From Octopus vulgaris (taxonomy: Eukaryota): a stretch of DNA of 64,000 bases. Below, piece by piece: positions 27,038 to 41,020 of the stretch. A program made the translations under genes and the position numbers. Under the pieces are notes generated by a model. That model did not search any database and had not been told where the DNA came from. It saw nothing but the letters and a program-made list of their open reading frames with translations. The DNA lies in contig OX597838.1 of NCBI GenBank assembly GCA_951406725.2, positions 29,264,001-29,328,000 on the forward strand, written 5' to 3'. The first letter of the stretch is position 1; the number at the start of each line of letters is the position of its first letter.

Positions 27038-27614
27038 CCTCACACATATCAATCCTTAGAAGCAACAAAGTTAAACTTTTTTAAACCAAGTCTTCAAATT
27101 TGTAACTTTATGGTTCGGTGCTTTCATTGTTTGCTAATACCATTCCGTGTTTTAAAGCTTCTAACCATCCCCTCCTTCTGCGATAACCACACAAGTCTTC
27201 ACGATCCCCATCTCTTCGTGTGATTGCTTTGTATTTTTTATAAGCATTGAACCTGAAATTGACATACATTCGGATCGATATGCTCTGAACCACTTAACAC
27301 ATTTTAATGTTATAAAGTGTTAAAGAACCTACGCTATATTCATCTACAATGGCGTTCAGGTTTTCACCTTTGTTTTAAACACTGGATTATTTCACTTCCC
27401 ACGTCCAATGTGAGATTTATTTGCTTTCTCTTCACACCTTTCTCAGATTCGTTTAACACTGGAAAACATTTTCCTTAATGGATGGACAATATATGAATAG
27501 ATAAAGGTAGCATAAAGAATGCTTGGCGCTGGAAACAACCATTCATTTCAACAATGTCGGTTTGGTGTCGATGGCCAGTGATAGCACTTACGAAAGAAAT
27601 ATTGCCGAAGCGCA

Positions 27615-27900
27615 AAAAGTGCCGGATAATTGAAGTTGCCGGACAATCGAAGCTGTCGGACAATCGAGGGTGGCAAACAACCTGGCTTACCAGAAAATCG
27701 AGGATAACCTGGCCTGCTGGACAATTGAGGCAGATACCTGGCTCGCCGGACAATCAAGGCTGCCGGATAATCGAAGCTGCCGGATAACCTGGCCTGCCGG
27801 ACAATCTGGCCCGCCGGAAAAGCTGACAACCGAACAATCTAGCCTGCCGGATAATCTGACAACCGGACAATCTATCCTGCCGGACAATCGGTTCTACCTG
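27615..27900. repeat. About 17-bp minisatellite (gccggacaatc/gccggataac core)
   Basis: More than 10 imperfect units, ending in ggacaatcggttctacctg. Confidence 0.8.
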
Positions 27901-28261
27901 TCTAGTTATTGGATATCAAATTATTAATGAACGTTGCTGTAATGGTTCCCCACAACCACCACCACCAACACCACCACTCAGAAAAACCACATTTAGATCT
28001 TCAGAAGGCCGTAGGTTTCCTCCTCGGGATTGGACATTGAAAGATTATAAGTGAGGGGCATGGTTGGACGGGTGTCTACCTCTATCCCCAAACCAACCAC
28101 TACCAATAACAACATACTATAAAGCATTTCACGTTTGAGTTGAGTTTTCAATTAACATGATGTGTGGTAGACCTGGTTCACTGGGTCCCACGATCAAGCC
28201 CAACCAGAACAGCATCACAACGGATACTAGTGCCTCTGCAATTAATACTAATATTGGGTTC

Positions 28262-28680
28262 AAAGTTTGGCACAAGGCCAGCAATTTGGAGGGGGAGGGT
28301 ATGTCGATCACATTGCCTCCAGTATTAAACTGGTTCCTTTTTCATCGACTCCGGAGGGATGAAAGGCAAAGTCGACCTCGACGGAATTTGAACACAGAAG
28401 TTAAGGCCGGACGAAATGCCGCTAAGCATTTCGTCCGGCTTAGCGGCATTTCGTCCGGCAAAGTAATGATTCTGCCAGCTCGCCGCCTTTGTTAAGTATC
28501 TAATATTGATTTCAGATTTTGCTATAGGATCTACGAGTTCGGGGGTAGGGGTAATTCGATTACATCGACCCCACCCGACCCTCTGCTCGACCGGTACTTA
28601 ATTTATCGACCCCGAAAGGATGAAAGGCAAAGTTGACCTCGGCGGAATTTGAACCCAGAACGTGAAGACGAACGAAATTA
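28262..28680 (-). mobile_element. Two adjacent SINE family A copies
   Basis: Two gatgaaaggcaaagt.gacctcg bodies. Confidence 0.8.
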
Positions 28681-28820
28681 AGTATGTAATAGTAGCATGA
28701 TGATTATGAAGGCGGCAAGCTGGCAGAAGAAGATGAAGATGAAAAAGAATTGGAAGGAGAAAATGAACGAACAACAGCAGCAGCAACAAAAACAACAAGC
28801 ACAACTACAAAAATAAAAAG

Positions 28821-28855
<35 letters not shown>

Positions 28856-29519
28856 GCAAAGACCGTCACTAAGATTGTCGATCTGCAATCTTTGTGAGTT
28901 TTTCAATGGCCACTAACAACCGATAGAGAGGGTGTTTTTTAACCGAAATGTCGTGACCCCAACCAAACTATCCTTTTCTGTATTCAATCATTTAATGTCA
29001 CAAAGTTTCTATACTTTTCATGTTTATGTTTCAGAAAAACACAGTTTTATTTGGAGACAGTTTTTACCCCTTGGAATCAATAATCGATTATTTATTTTTT
29101 TTTATTTTCCTTTTGATCATGTCCATTTCTCCTTGTATACGCATTTTCCGTTCACGCTATCCAAATTTTCGACCTAACAATTGACGGGCAACCATCGACC
29201 TTTTTCTGTCAAAAAATGGTTTTTCGATACAATATTTTACATGCTATTATTTATAGGTTTAAATATGCTTCGAGAACCAATATTCCAAAACGGAATTGTT
29301 TCGCGTTTCCTCGAAAGTTTATAAAATTCTTGACGTCAGGAACATATATATGCGCGTGTATGTATATACTTATATGCATGTGTGTGTGTGTGTGTTGTCT
29401 TCATTACACAAGCTTCACTGCTTTGATTCTTCCACTCCGTCCTTCCCTCCTTTCTTTCTTCCTTACTCTCCCCTCCTCGTTCTCTTGTCTTCTTCTCACC
29501 CTTCTCCTAACAGCTTGTT

Positions 29520-29870
29520 CAAAAGACGCTTGTTACATGCCCACTAATACATGGTCTCTGCTTTCCAGAACTCTGATCTGACGTACATACATACAAACAT
29601 GCACCATAAGAGGCAGAAAACATTTACAGACACCAAATGTAGTCTGTGCACGACCAAGACTGAAGACTCCAACCACATTATTGCCAACTGTGAGAGAATG
29701 TCTCCCAAGAGACATGATGCGGTGGCAAAAACGGTCTGGAACAGGAAAGCAAAGTAGAAGACACCTAAAGATGAAGTTGACTATACTGAGACCGATGGAA
29801 CAAAAGAACATTGGTGGAGCTTAAAAATTAAAACATTCCCCAAGTTTAAACACAACCAGTCATATATTGC
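29520..29870 (+). pseudogene. Degenerate RLE-type (R4/Dong/NeSL-like) retrotransposon fragment
   Basis: CSLC..E..NHIIANC zinc knuckle followed by RHDAVAK and EHWW. Confidence 0.65.
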
Positions 29871-30240
29871 CGTGTAGAATTACAAGGGAAAGATATGTGA
29901 ATACATATATGCACGCTTATGCATGCATGCATATATTCATTATATACATATACATATATATGGATATATTCATTATATACATATACATATATATGGATAT
30001 ATATAAATATACAAACATGCACACACACACACACACACACGTATGTATATATATCACATGTGAATCGCTGGCGATTTCCTTCCTCCGTCTTCCCCTCTAT
30101 TGGACTTTCTTTTCTTTCCGAAGAAGAGCGTCTGCTCAAAACGTTAAACCATCTTTCTTTCCTTCGCTGAGCGTTTGCTAATACATTACATATACCACGT
30201 CCTCGCGTTGTTTTTTTGTTTGTTCTTTTTGGGGTTTATT

Positions 30241-30269
<29 letters not shown>

Positions 30270-30274
<5 letters not shown>

Positions 30275-30741
30275 ATCACTCACCATATGGCGGTTCACCT
30301 ATTGCGTCCTCAGTACATCGCGGATTTTTTCTGGTTAATATATGTAAATTTATATGGCGAAATTCTCAGTATATCGCGGGTTTTTGCGGCCGATAGGTAT
30401 TTATATATTTTAGACTTTCATTATTTCTGTGGTAAAATAAACATTTTCACGCCCCAAAATTAATAAATTAATAAATAAAAATACAGTACAGTACTGCACT
30501 GTTTAACACTTTAATTAAAATATATTAAAGAAAATATGTAGAGTACCGTGGATGAGTAAACAAAGACTCGTATATACTGTATAGAAAACGAAACTCGGGA
30601 GGCGAGTGTGTGGTGTTGTTTTGTATTTATAATGAAATAGATATATATAAATTATAAAAATGTACCGTTTCTACTCCACGGATTTTCATCTATCTCGGGG
30701 GGTTCTGGAACGTAACACCCGCGATAGTCGAGGGATTGCTG
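30270..30741. mobile_element. pogo/Tigger-like MITE
   Basis: Imperfect TIRs tagtaatcactcaccatatggcgg / ccgcgatagtcgagggattgctg, TA-rich flanks. Confidence 0.75.
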
Positions 30742-31672
30742 CATATATATACTCACACACACAACACACATACAAGTCTACGCAAATATGCTTGCATTTA
30801 TATATAAGTATATGCATACAAACATGCTTACACATAAATTTATGCATATATAGATAAGTACATACGTGTAAACACGCGCATACATAAATACACATATATA
30901 TAATTTATATTTTATAGATAGCCAAAGGACTATAACAGTGATTTATTGGTCTCGAGTTTTGTGCCACAACTCTTGTAAATTCTCTACCAACTATATTCCA
31001 CTAGGCTAGCCATATCACCATTAACATGACAAATAGTCACTCACCACTTATTACACTCTCCTCTACTAAAAACCAAGCATACACATATACTACTGGCTAC
31101 TTCCGTTTCTTTATTTGCCAGCCATACGCAGTCAATAATAAGTGTAAAATAGTTGGGGTTTTTTTCTAACTTCTATTATTTCGTCTTTAGTTTGACAAAG
31201 GGCGTCCTGCTCGAAACATCGAAACTCATTACTTTCTTCTTGGTCTAACGCCCAAACCTTGTACTTATTGTTTTCGTGTCTTCCTATCACAGTTTTGTTT
31301 AACTCAAATTCCTCGGCACACCTCTGCCCCACATTCCTTTCTCTCTACCTTCATGCTCATCATTCAACCATTTATTGAAGTCTCAGCAGTCTCGGAGTAA
31401 TTGGTTGAGCAATGAGCCTATCACTTTCTGCTGTCATTCTTTTCATTCTCAACTACAAGATTCGTCCATGCCATAGCTAGCCGATTTGCTATGTCAATCT
31501 GACATTCCATAGATCTTTTAAATGTACATGCCATCGATGTTCTGTAGAATATCAACCTCTTGTTCTATTCTGTGCCATCTCGTTATTCATCGTTTCTCGC
31601 AGTTAGAATGGAAATTTCAAAATTACTAATGCTAGCCAAATTTTACTGTCGATCTTAATGCATATATGCATA

Positions 31673-31728
<56 letters not shown>

Positions 31729-31730
<2 letters not shown>

Positions 31731-31850
31731 TAAAAACGGTATGATAACAAAAGAAAGAAAGAGACCTCAATATTATGTAAATAATAAATATCGAAACTCA
31801 GAGTTTTATCTTGGCTACCGAGTAGTAATTGTCACATATTATTTTTACAG
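31729..31850 (+). mobile_element. Short repeat in TA tract, containing the 3' half of a hammerhead
   Basis: Near-identical copy at 42249-42368; shares gaaactcagagttttatcttggcta with 42573-42596. Confidence 0.8.
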
Positions 31851-31882
31851 ATACATATATATATATATATACATACATACAT

Positions 31883-31916
<34 letters not shown>

Positions 31917-31924
31917 TATCCTTT

Positions 31925-32108
31925 AGACTACGGCCATGCTGGAGCACTACCTTGAAAAATTTTAGTTGACGAATCGACCCCAATAGTTGTTTGTCTGAAG
32001 CCTGATATTACTGTATCGGCCTGTTGTCAAGCGGTGAGAGGAAACAACCACACACACACATACACACATACATACACACACACATACACACATGCACACA
32101 TATATGTG

Positions 32109-32144
<36 letters not shown>

Positions 32145-32296
32145 ATAGGCTTCATTCTGTTTCCGTTTACCAAACCTACTGAGAAAACTTTGGTCGGCCT
32201 GAGACTATAATAGAAGACACAAGCCCGATGTGCCACGCAGTGGGACTGAACCTAGAACGATGTGGATGGGAAGCAAGCTTCTTACCACACAGCCAC
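31925..32296 (-). mobile_element. SINE family C, diverged
   Basis: ggccatgctggagcac tail and gcagtgggactgaacc head. Confidence 0.8.
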
Positions 32297-32429
32297 ACAC
32301 ACAAAGATATGGGGATCACGAAAGCTGAAGGAGGAGGTAGAAATTTCAAAATACAAAATGGCATTGATAAACTGAACTTCTCGTGGCACAACCACGCCTG
32401 CGCTTTTTATATCAGTGCCTCGAATAGAT

Positions 32430-32762
32430 AGAGACCCCACCAGCACTCCGCCCCGACCGTCATGAATGACCATGGGATTGCACCTAGAAAGTCTCCCCAC
32501 CCGAGGCACAAGTCCAGGCAAGGTTGTTTATGGAAGACCAGCAGTCATCCATGCATGCCAGTCTTTCATCTCCAAGCAAAAGGCAAGGACCGACACAGCT
32601 TGGCACCAGTGACATCGCAACCTATTTCCACAGCTGAGTGGACTGGAGCAACGTGAAATGAAGTGCCTTGCTCAAGAACTCAATACCCAGCCCGATCCAA
32701 GAATCGAATTCATTAACTTCATGATTGTGATCCAAATGTTCTAATCACTGGGTCATGTGCCT
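32430..32762 (-). mobile_element. SINE family B with tail Y
   Basis: cagcttggcaccagtgac.tcgcaac shared with 62839-63065. Confidence 0.8.
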
Positions 32763-33134
32763 TCGTCTTCACGTGGCTTCAAACGCGCCCGAATGAATAT
32801 ATTATTTTCATTGTGCAATGCTGTGTTGTTGAAGTGTTTCTTTTCATACGAAATCCAACTTGAAGAAGATGTAAAGATTTTCCTAAGAAGGGCTTTTTTT
32901 TTTATAAAGATATTGTTTTTCTTCATCCTTCTTTAAACAGCTTACGGATTACAGAAGATTAGAAGCAAATCCATTGTCAATTCTGGCTTATTGCATTCGT
33001 CTCTTTTCTGATAAGGAATTGTTGTATTCAACGCGTTTAGTTCGTGTCTTCAAGTTAGTAATTTCCTCTTGAGAGTTTGGAACATACAATGTCTGTACTT
33101 TTTGATATTATTTCTTTTATTTATTCAAAAGATT

Positions 33135-33560
33135 TTCAAAGTGCCTTCAAGAAGCATTGAGACTTTTTCAGAAGAGACATTTATAAATTCCAAAAAAGGT
33201 ACAAAACTCTAATCTCCTTCAGAGCAGCAGCCCCCCCGCCCTGATTTCAATGTGCTCGTTGTAGCGCTCCAGTCACTTTATGAAGGCACCCTGGAAGTTT
33301 TCCAAAGTGGGGGTGTCGAGGACGCTTGTCACAACCTTCTTCATCTTCTCTTTCAGCTTGGGAAACAAGCAAAAGTCACAGAAAGTAAGGGCTAGTCTGT
33401 AGGGAGGCTGAGGGACAGTTTTGATGCCCACTTCTCTTATAAAGTTGGTTACCAGGACGGAGTTGTGGTTTGGTGCATTGTCCGGGTACAGGTACCGGCG
33501 GCCCGTGTGGAAGATCTCTGGCCTTTTGCAGAGAAATCTCTTCCTGAACTCCCTCAAAAA
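33135..33560 (-). pseudogene. mariner transposase C-terminal remnant with one degenerate TIR
   Basis: PDNAPNHNS..TVPQPPY..CDFCLFPKLKE motif series. Confidence 0.85.
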
Positions 33561-33584
33561 TCTTCACAAAAAACTCTTTCTTTA

Positions 33585-33765
33585 AGGCGGCGAGTTGGCA
33601 GAAACGTTAACGCGCCGGGCGAAATGCTTAGCGTCTGTCTTTACGTTCTGCGTTTAAATTCCGCCGAGGATCGATAAATTAAGTACCATTTGTGGACTGG
33701 GGTCTATCTAATCGACTGGCTCTCTCTCCAAAAATTTTGGGCGTCGTGCTTAGAGTAGAAAAGAA
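33585..33765 (+). mobile_element. SINE family A, internally deleted monomer
   Basis: Head and tail present; centre deleted. Confidence 0.8.
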
Positions 33766-33968
33766 ACTACTCTTTCTTGAATAGAAAATACTCTTGTCTA
33801 GCCAGAGAGAAACCCCGGGATGTAGATGAGACCTTGGCTGCCGAAAAAGAGAGCCATCGTGACCTTATCAGTGAACTTGCTTTTCCTGGCCTCCTATGTC
33901 GCTGAAAATAAGACCCCAGGACTTATTCTTTGTAAGCCTAGCATATATGTATGTATGTATGTATGTAT

Positions 33969-34273
33969 GCCCGATTATTTCTATGTCCATTGGGAGCGAA
34001 GGTCTCCTAGCCTTTGTTAGGGCATCCTTCTAGGAGAAGGTAACTCAGGTAACTGGGATAACTCCGACATAAAACCTGCGGCTCAGTGGTTACCGATGAT
34101 GTTGACTTGTTCTTCTTTTCGGATTAAGGCTGCTGTTGCTTAGTGAGTGGGATTGACTCAGTGCACAGCCTTTCCTCACTTTAAAAAAAATATTCTTGCA
34201 CAGGCATTGCACGATAACAACATTGATTAAGCTTCGTGCAATGGCCATGCTCGATAACGAGGGGCAGCCACCA
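33969..34273 (+). mobile_element. RTE-derived non-autonomous element flanked by (TATG)n
   Basis: gggcatccttctaggagaaggtaactc resembles an RTE 5'UTR motif; 3' end gaggggcagccacca(tgta)n. Confidence 0.6.
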
Positions 34274-34969
34274 TGTATGTATGTATGTATGTATGTATGT
34301 ATGTATGTATGTATGCATGTGCATGTATGTTTGTATGTATGTATGTATGTATGCATGTGCATGTATGTATGTATGTATGTATGTATGTATGCGAATATAG
34401 ATCAAGTGTTTGTATGCGTTTGTTTGTTTTCAATATATATGCGTGTGTATGTTCGTGTGTATGCTAAGATGATCACAAGCGTATGACGTTTATGCATGTA
34501 TGTTCGTAAGTGAATGTGTGTATATTACATGAATGCAAATGCATATGTATGTGCAGATGCGTGTATATGTGTATATGTATGCATATTTGTATATGCATAT
34601 ATATTTATGCATATACATTTGCAATTTGTTTGTATGCATGATGCATACATGGGACATGTATGTATGATATATGTGCGCGTATTTATGTATGCATGTATGT
34701 ATGTATGTATGTATGTATGTATGTATGTATGTATGTATGTATGCATGTATGCATGTATTTATGTGCGTGTGTATGATTGAATGTAGGTATGTATGACATA
34801 TACGTATGTTTTTAGATATATGTGTATATGTATGATGCATCTGTGTATATATATATAATGTATTTATGTTTGATGTATGTATGTTGTATGTATGGATACA
34901 TATATGTATATATATATATCTATATATGTATGTATATATGTATGTATGTGTATATTTATTTATATATCT

Positions 34970-35028
34970 GTGCCCCAGCATGGCCACAGCTCATGAGCTG
35001 AAACTAAAAAATCAAAATCAAAATCAAA
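34970..35028 (+). mobile_element. Extreme 3' end of a CR1-type LINE (about 60 bp)
   Basis: gtgccccagcatggccacagctcatgagctgaaacta(aaaatc)n matches 49288-49343. Confidence 0.8.
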
Positions 35029-35222
35029 TACGTATGTATATGTATGCATGTATGTACATATGTATGTACGTATGCATATATGTATATATGTATGTATGTA
35101 TCTATATGTATATATGTATGTATATATATATATATATGTATATATATGTATGTGTATATGCATGTATATATGTTTGTATATATCTGTGTATGCACATATA
35201 TATATATATATACGTATATGTG

Positions 35223-35254
<32 letters not shown>

Positions 35255-35990
35255 CGTGTATATATATATATATATATACGTGTATATATAAATGTATGTA
35301 TATATATGTATATATATACGTATATATATATACGTATATATATATAAATGTATGTATGTGTATATGTATTATGTATGTGCATATGAGTGTGTGTGCGTAC
35401 GACTGTGTGTGTGTGTTTGTGCATCATGAATGTGCGTTTGCAGTGTCTCCTTAAATCTCGACGCTCCATTTAACAGAATGGAGTCGGGCCTTTAACAATG
35501 TGACAAATTCGTCTCGTTTGAGTCGAAGGATTTCCTGGCATTTGAATACGAACTCAGACACACGTACACAACCACCATCCCCACATACACACACACATAC
35601 ACACTCACATACACACACATGCTCAAACAGGAATTTAATGTATCTGTCTAAATATGTCTATATGTGTGAGTGTGTGTGTGTGTGTGTCGGAGTGCGTAAA
35701 TGTACAAACATATGTATGTATGTATTTATGTATGTATGTATGTATGTATGTATGTATGTATGTATGTATGTATGTATGTATGTATGTCCGTATGTATGTA
35801 TGTATATATGTATGTATGTATGTATGTATGTGTGCTTGTGTGTGTGTGTCTGCATATATGTGTGTACGTATCTGTATTTGTATGCATACGCATGTATATA
35901 AATAAATGTATGTATGCATATATATGTATGTATATATAATATATTGTATTTATATGTGTGTGTGTATACATATATATATATACACACGCA

Positions 35991-36027
<37 letters not shown>

Positions 36028-36060
36028 GTATATATATATGTATATATATATATACATATG

Positions 36061-36148
<88 letters not shown>

Positions 36149-36550
36149 ATAAATGCGTGTATATGTATATATACGTATGTATGTAAGTGTGTAGTTGCGT
36201 GTTATCGTGTGTCTTTGTAGGTGTGTAGCAGATACCAGCCGATGCATATATGTGCGTAACCATGCATGTATTCGAGTATTTAATTGGTGATTATAGGAAA
36301 CTTTCCACTGGAATCAAAAACAGAATCTTTGAAATGTTCAGCAGAACCCATTAATCGATAGGATTTGAAGAATCTATGTAGGATTTACCATTTCTCTCCT
36401 ATTTTGTTTCGTTTTTCTTTTATTTCTTTGAGAACAACCGCCATTTTTTTTTTCGGAGCTATTACATGAAGACATCTTTACATACATCGCTAAGATTATC
36501 AAGATGACTGGCAGTAATGCAGAAATGCAAATTTCTAGCCAAAGTTTCAA

Positions 36551-36683
36551 CGCAGGAGTGGCTGTGTGGTAAGTAGCTTGCTTACTAACCATATGGTTTC
36601 GGATTGAGTCCCACTGCGTGGCACCTTGGGCAAGTTTCTTCTGCTATAGCCTCGGGCCGACCAAAGCCTTGTGAGTGAAACCC

Positions 36684-36734
<51 letters not shown>

Positions 36735-36958
36735 CATGTATGTTTGTGTGTCTGTGTTTGTCTCCATAGCATTGCTTGACAACCGATGCTGCTGTGTTTA
36801 CGTCCCCGTCACTTAGCAGTTCGGCAAAAGAGACCGATAGAATAAGTACTGGGCTTGCAAAGAATAAGTCCTGGGGTCGTGTTGCTCGATTAAAGGCGGT
36901 GCTCCAGCATGGCCGCAGTCAAATGACTGAAACAAGTAAAAGAGTAAAAGAGTAAGAG
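36551..36958 (+). mobile_element. SINE family C, near full length
   Basis: Highly similar to 23711-24130. Confidence 0.92.
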
Positions 36959-37059
36959 TTCCATTGGAATTCACGGAAGATTCTTTGTTCTAAAGATTCC
37001 TTATTGCTTTTTTTGTTGTTGTTATATTCTTACCATTCTATTTTGTTTCTGCCAATGGA

Positions 37060-37249
37060 CTATGGCCATGCTTGGGCATCGTCTTGAAGAGTTTCAGTCG
37101 AACAGATCGACACCAGTACTTCTTTTATTTTGCTTAAGTTTGAATTATATTCTATCGGTTTTCTTTTGGCCATAGTGCTAGGTTACGCGGACGTAAACGA
37201 ACCAACGCCGGCTGTCAAGCAGTGAGAGATGACAAACACAATCACAAAG

Positions 37250-37260
<11 letters not shown>
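37060..37260 (-). mobile_element. SINE family C, 3' half, diverged
   Basis: ggccatgct..tattctatcgg..tgtcaagc. Confidence 0.7.
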
Positions 37261-37345
<85 letters not shown>

Positions 37346-37987
37346 ATGCGTATGTGTGTGTGTGCGTGCGTGTGCGTGTGTGGGTATGTGTGTATGTGTG
37401 TATGTGTGTGTATCTGCGGACGAGGTTATATTGCCTGTTTAATCATTTACTTATATATTTACTTGTATATTTATATCCTCCTTCAACTTCCTGTTAATAT
37501 TTTCCCCTTTATAAGCCCCTCTACCACACATTTTTCTCTCTTTATCTCCTTTTCTCACTTCTTTGCATTTTGGAGAGATTTTTAAAGCCTCTCTGGACTG
37601 TTATTATTTATAGGGCAAATTTTTTAATATATACCTTCATATTTTGAATGTCGACATATTATATACTTTGAGAGACGCGGGTAGTACTATGCTATTGTTA
37701 TGTTATGTAACTAGTCGAAACGTACGTAGCATCTACATTCAAAATATAAACATAAGGCGGTGCTCTAGCATGGCCGCAGTCAAATGACTGTAACAAATAA
37801 AAGAGGAAAAGAATATATCGCTTTGTGATTATGTCCACATGTGTGTGCTGATGTGTATAAAGATGTATGTATGGATGGATTTGTGTGTGTGTGAGTGCAT
37901 ATATATGCATGTATGTATGTGTGTGTGTGTGTGTGCATAATAGTGAAATAGGAATAGAGACAGTGAAAGAATGTGATAGATGGATGG

Positions 37988-38042
<55 letters not shown>

Positions 38043-38393
38043 CAGACAGACAAACATACAAACAGACAGATAAGTAGACAGATAAATGTGTGTGTGTGTG
38101 TGTGTGTATGTGTGTGTGTGTTTGATTGAAATCTAGTTGTGAAATGCACTGCAGTGAGTTACTATCCACGATGAAAGCCTAAAAGACGGAAACAGAAAGT
38201 GAAATTAGCACACCATATATGGTATTAAGGCAAAAATGGTGGAGAATAGATTCTTTAAAGATGGAAGCCAAAGATGTCTGATAAGACATAACAGCAGCCA
38301 GGGGACCATTTGTATCGTTATATCTGTTTAGATGTGACTACATAGCTATATACATATATATATATATATATATACGTATATGTATATATATAC

Positions 38394-38457
<64 letters not shown>

Positions 38458-38467
38458 GCATATATAC

Positions 38468-38543
<76 letters not shown>

Positions 38544-38561
38544 GCATATATACGTATATAT

Positions 38562-38596
<35 letters not shown>

Positions 38597-38969
38597 CATA
38601 CATACATACATACATACATACATACATACACACACACAGAGGGAAAGAGAGAGAGAAAGAGAGAGAGATACCGAAATTCATAGACAGATACGTATATATA
38701 TACATCCATATATAATACATACATGTATATATATATATGTATATATATACATATATGTACATATGTATGTAAGTTTGTATGTGTGTATATGTGTATACAT
38801 GTATATATATATATATATATGTATAATGTATACACACACACATATATATATATATATACACACATTCTTATTTATTAAAATGTACTTTTTGTCTCTATAA
38901 ATGTGCATTGCGCACGTGTGTGCACATACACTGTATGCGCGCGCGCGCGTGTGTCTGCAACTCGTGGAA

Positions 38970-39339
38970 TCTCTCTCTATATAAACGGCAGTTTGTCTGT
39001 GCGTGTTTCTGTGTGTCTGTTAGGTTGTACCCTCACCCTGACCATGGCTTTCAACCGATTCTGATGAAACTTGACACACACATAGCCCAATGTCATAATT
39101 CAAAACTAACGCAGCGAAAATTTTGAAAAGTTCCCCCAGTTCTGAAAAAATCGATTAATTCGACATGGGGTCGAGAATCAGAAACACAAACCGCAAACTG
39201 TCTAGGGGACGCAACTCCACCTTTTTTTACTCTCAAAAAATTTACCATCATTTTTTCCCATTTTTTGGCTATAACTCTCTAAAAATGCTTTATAGTTATT
39301 TCCCTTACAAACCTGAGCAACGCCGGGCGATACTGCTAG
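38970..39339 (+). mobile_element. Non-autonomous Helitron-like element
   Basis: A|TC start, 3' hairpin cctgagcaacgccggg then CTAG|T; AT target, no TSD. Confidence 0.8.
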
Positions 39340-39651
39340 TCAAGAGATAAAAGAATAGAAGCTGTTTTATTTGTTTGTTTGTTTGTTTGTTTTGTTGTTA
39401 CCAGCCTCCAACGTAACGTAAAGTGCAGGCAATTTGGTGCAGACGCAAAGTCGGCGGCGTCGACGGTGGGAAAACAGCGGCGGGTTAATGATAGTGGGAA
39501 GGAGGGGTGTGACGTCATCATAGTTTCTGGGGGAGGAGGGGGGGAGGAAGAGGGGGAAGTAGGAAGGGAGAGAGGGGGAGGTGAGATACGAAGTTAATAA
39601 GACGGAGATACTAGTAATAGTTGTAACTATTGCTGGTTGGTGGGGGGGGGG

Positions 39652-39682
<31 letters not shown>

Positions 39683-39742
39683 ATTTGTATTGACGTTGTT
39701 GTCGATGTTATTGTTCCTACGGTTGTTGCACAACCATAAGAA

Positions 39743-39935
39743 CGGAGAGCTGGCGGAATCGTTAGCTCGCCTCGTCTGTCTTTACGTTCTGAGTTCAAAT
39801 TCCGCCGAGGTCGACTTTGCCGTTCATCCTTTCGGGTGTCGATAAATTAAGTACCAGTTGTGTACTGGAGGACGATTTAATCGACTGCACCCCTCCCCCC
39901 AAAATTAGGGCCTTGTGCCTCGAGTAGAAAAGAAT
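39743..39935 (+). mobile_element. SINE family A, monomer
   Basis: Homology to other family A copies. Confidence 0.85.
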
Positions 39936-40448
39936 CGTTAGCTCGCCCGGTAAAATAGGGGGAGGGGTGAAATTTCTGAGGGTTCCACTCCACCCCCTTT
40001 TCCGGACAAAAAAAATGTGTTGTGTGGCAAATTAGCAGGTCACCGTAATTCATTAAAAGAAAAAACAGAAATTCCAATAATTCCGGTAAGGGGTCTTCCG
40101 GTTTCCCACCCACACCTTTTTTCGAACCAAAGTATGACGTTTGCTGGCACATTAGGAAGTCAAGGTAGTTGGTTCCACGCGAAAGATCAGAGATTTTTTT
40201 TTTGTGGGGGTGGTAGTGAAACGCCTTGGTGTATGATTGAAAAATTTTACCATATATATTATTCGACGAGCTTCTACACAGTTTCCATATACCGTATTCA
40301 CTCACAAGGCATTTGTCGACCCGGAGTTTATAATAGAAAACACTTGCACAAGCTGTTGCAAAGCGGGATTGAACCCGAAGCAACCTTAACTGCAGAGCGA
40401 GCTTTTCAACCACCCAGCTACTCCTGTGTCTATATTTTACAATTCTAA

Positions 40449-41020
40449 GGCGGCGAGCTGGCAGAAACGTTAGCACGCCGGGCGAAATGCGTAGCCATAT
40501 TTCATCTGCCGTTACGTTCTGAGTTCGAATTCCGCCGAGGTCAACTTTGCCTTTCGTCCTTTCGGGGTCGATTAAATAAGTACCATTTACGCACTGGGGT
40601 CGATGTAATCGACTTAATCTGTTTGTCTGTCCTTGTTTGCCCCTTTGTGTGTAGCCTCTTGTGGGCATTACAGAAATAAGTATTTCGTCTGCCGTTACGT
40701 TCTGAGTTCAAATTCCGCCGCGGTCGACTTTGCCTTTCATCTTTTCGGGGTCGACTAAATAAGTACCAGTTATGCACTGGGGTCGATATAAGCGACTTAA
40801 TCCGTTTGTCTATCCTTGTTTGTCCCCTCTGTGTGTAGCCCCTTGTGGGCATTAAAGAAATAAGTATTTCGTCTGCCGTTACGTTCTGAGTTCAAATTCC
40901 GCCGCGGTCGACTTTGCCTTTCATCTTTTCGGGGCCGATTAAATAGGTACCAGTTAAGCACTGGGGTCGATATAATCGACTGGCTCCCTCCCCAAAAATT
41001 TCGGGCCTTGTGCCTAGAGA
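40449..41020 (+). mobile_element. SINE family A, trimeric form
   Basis: One head; bodies start at 40498, 40681 and 40865; single terminal tail. Confidence 0.92.

Noticed and set aside
27615-27900. CRISPR array
   Set aside because: Eukaryotic context, degenerate short units with no unique spacers, no cas genes.
39061-39072. CTGATGAAAC as hammerhead core (also 17890, 20153, 38168, 41239, 54083)
   Set aside because: Missing or unconvincing stems or GAAA; not counted.
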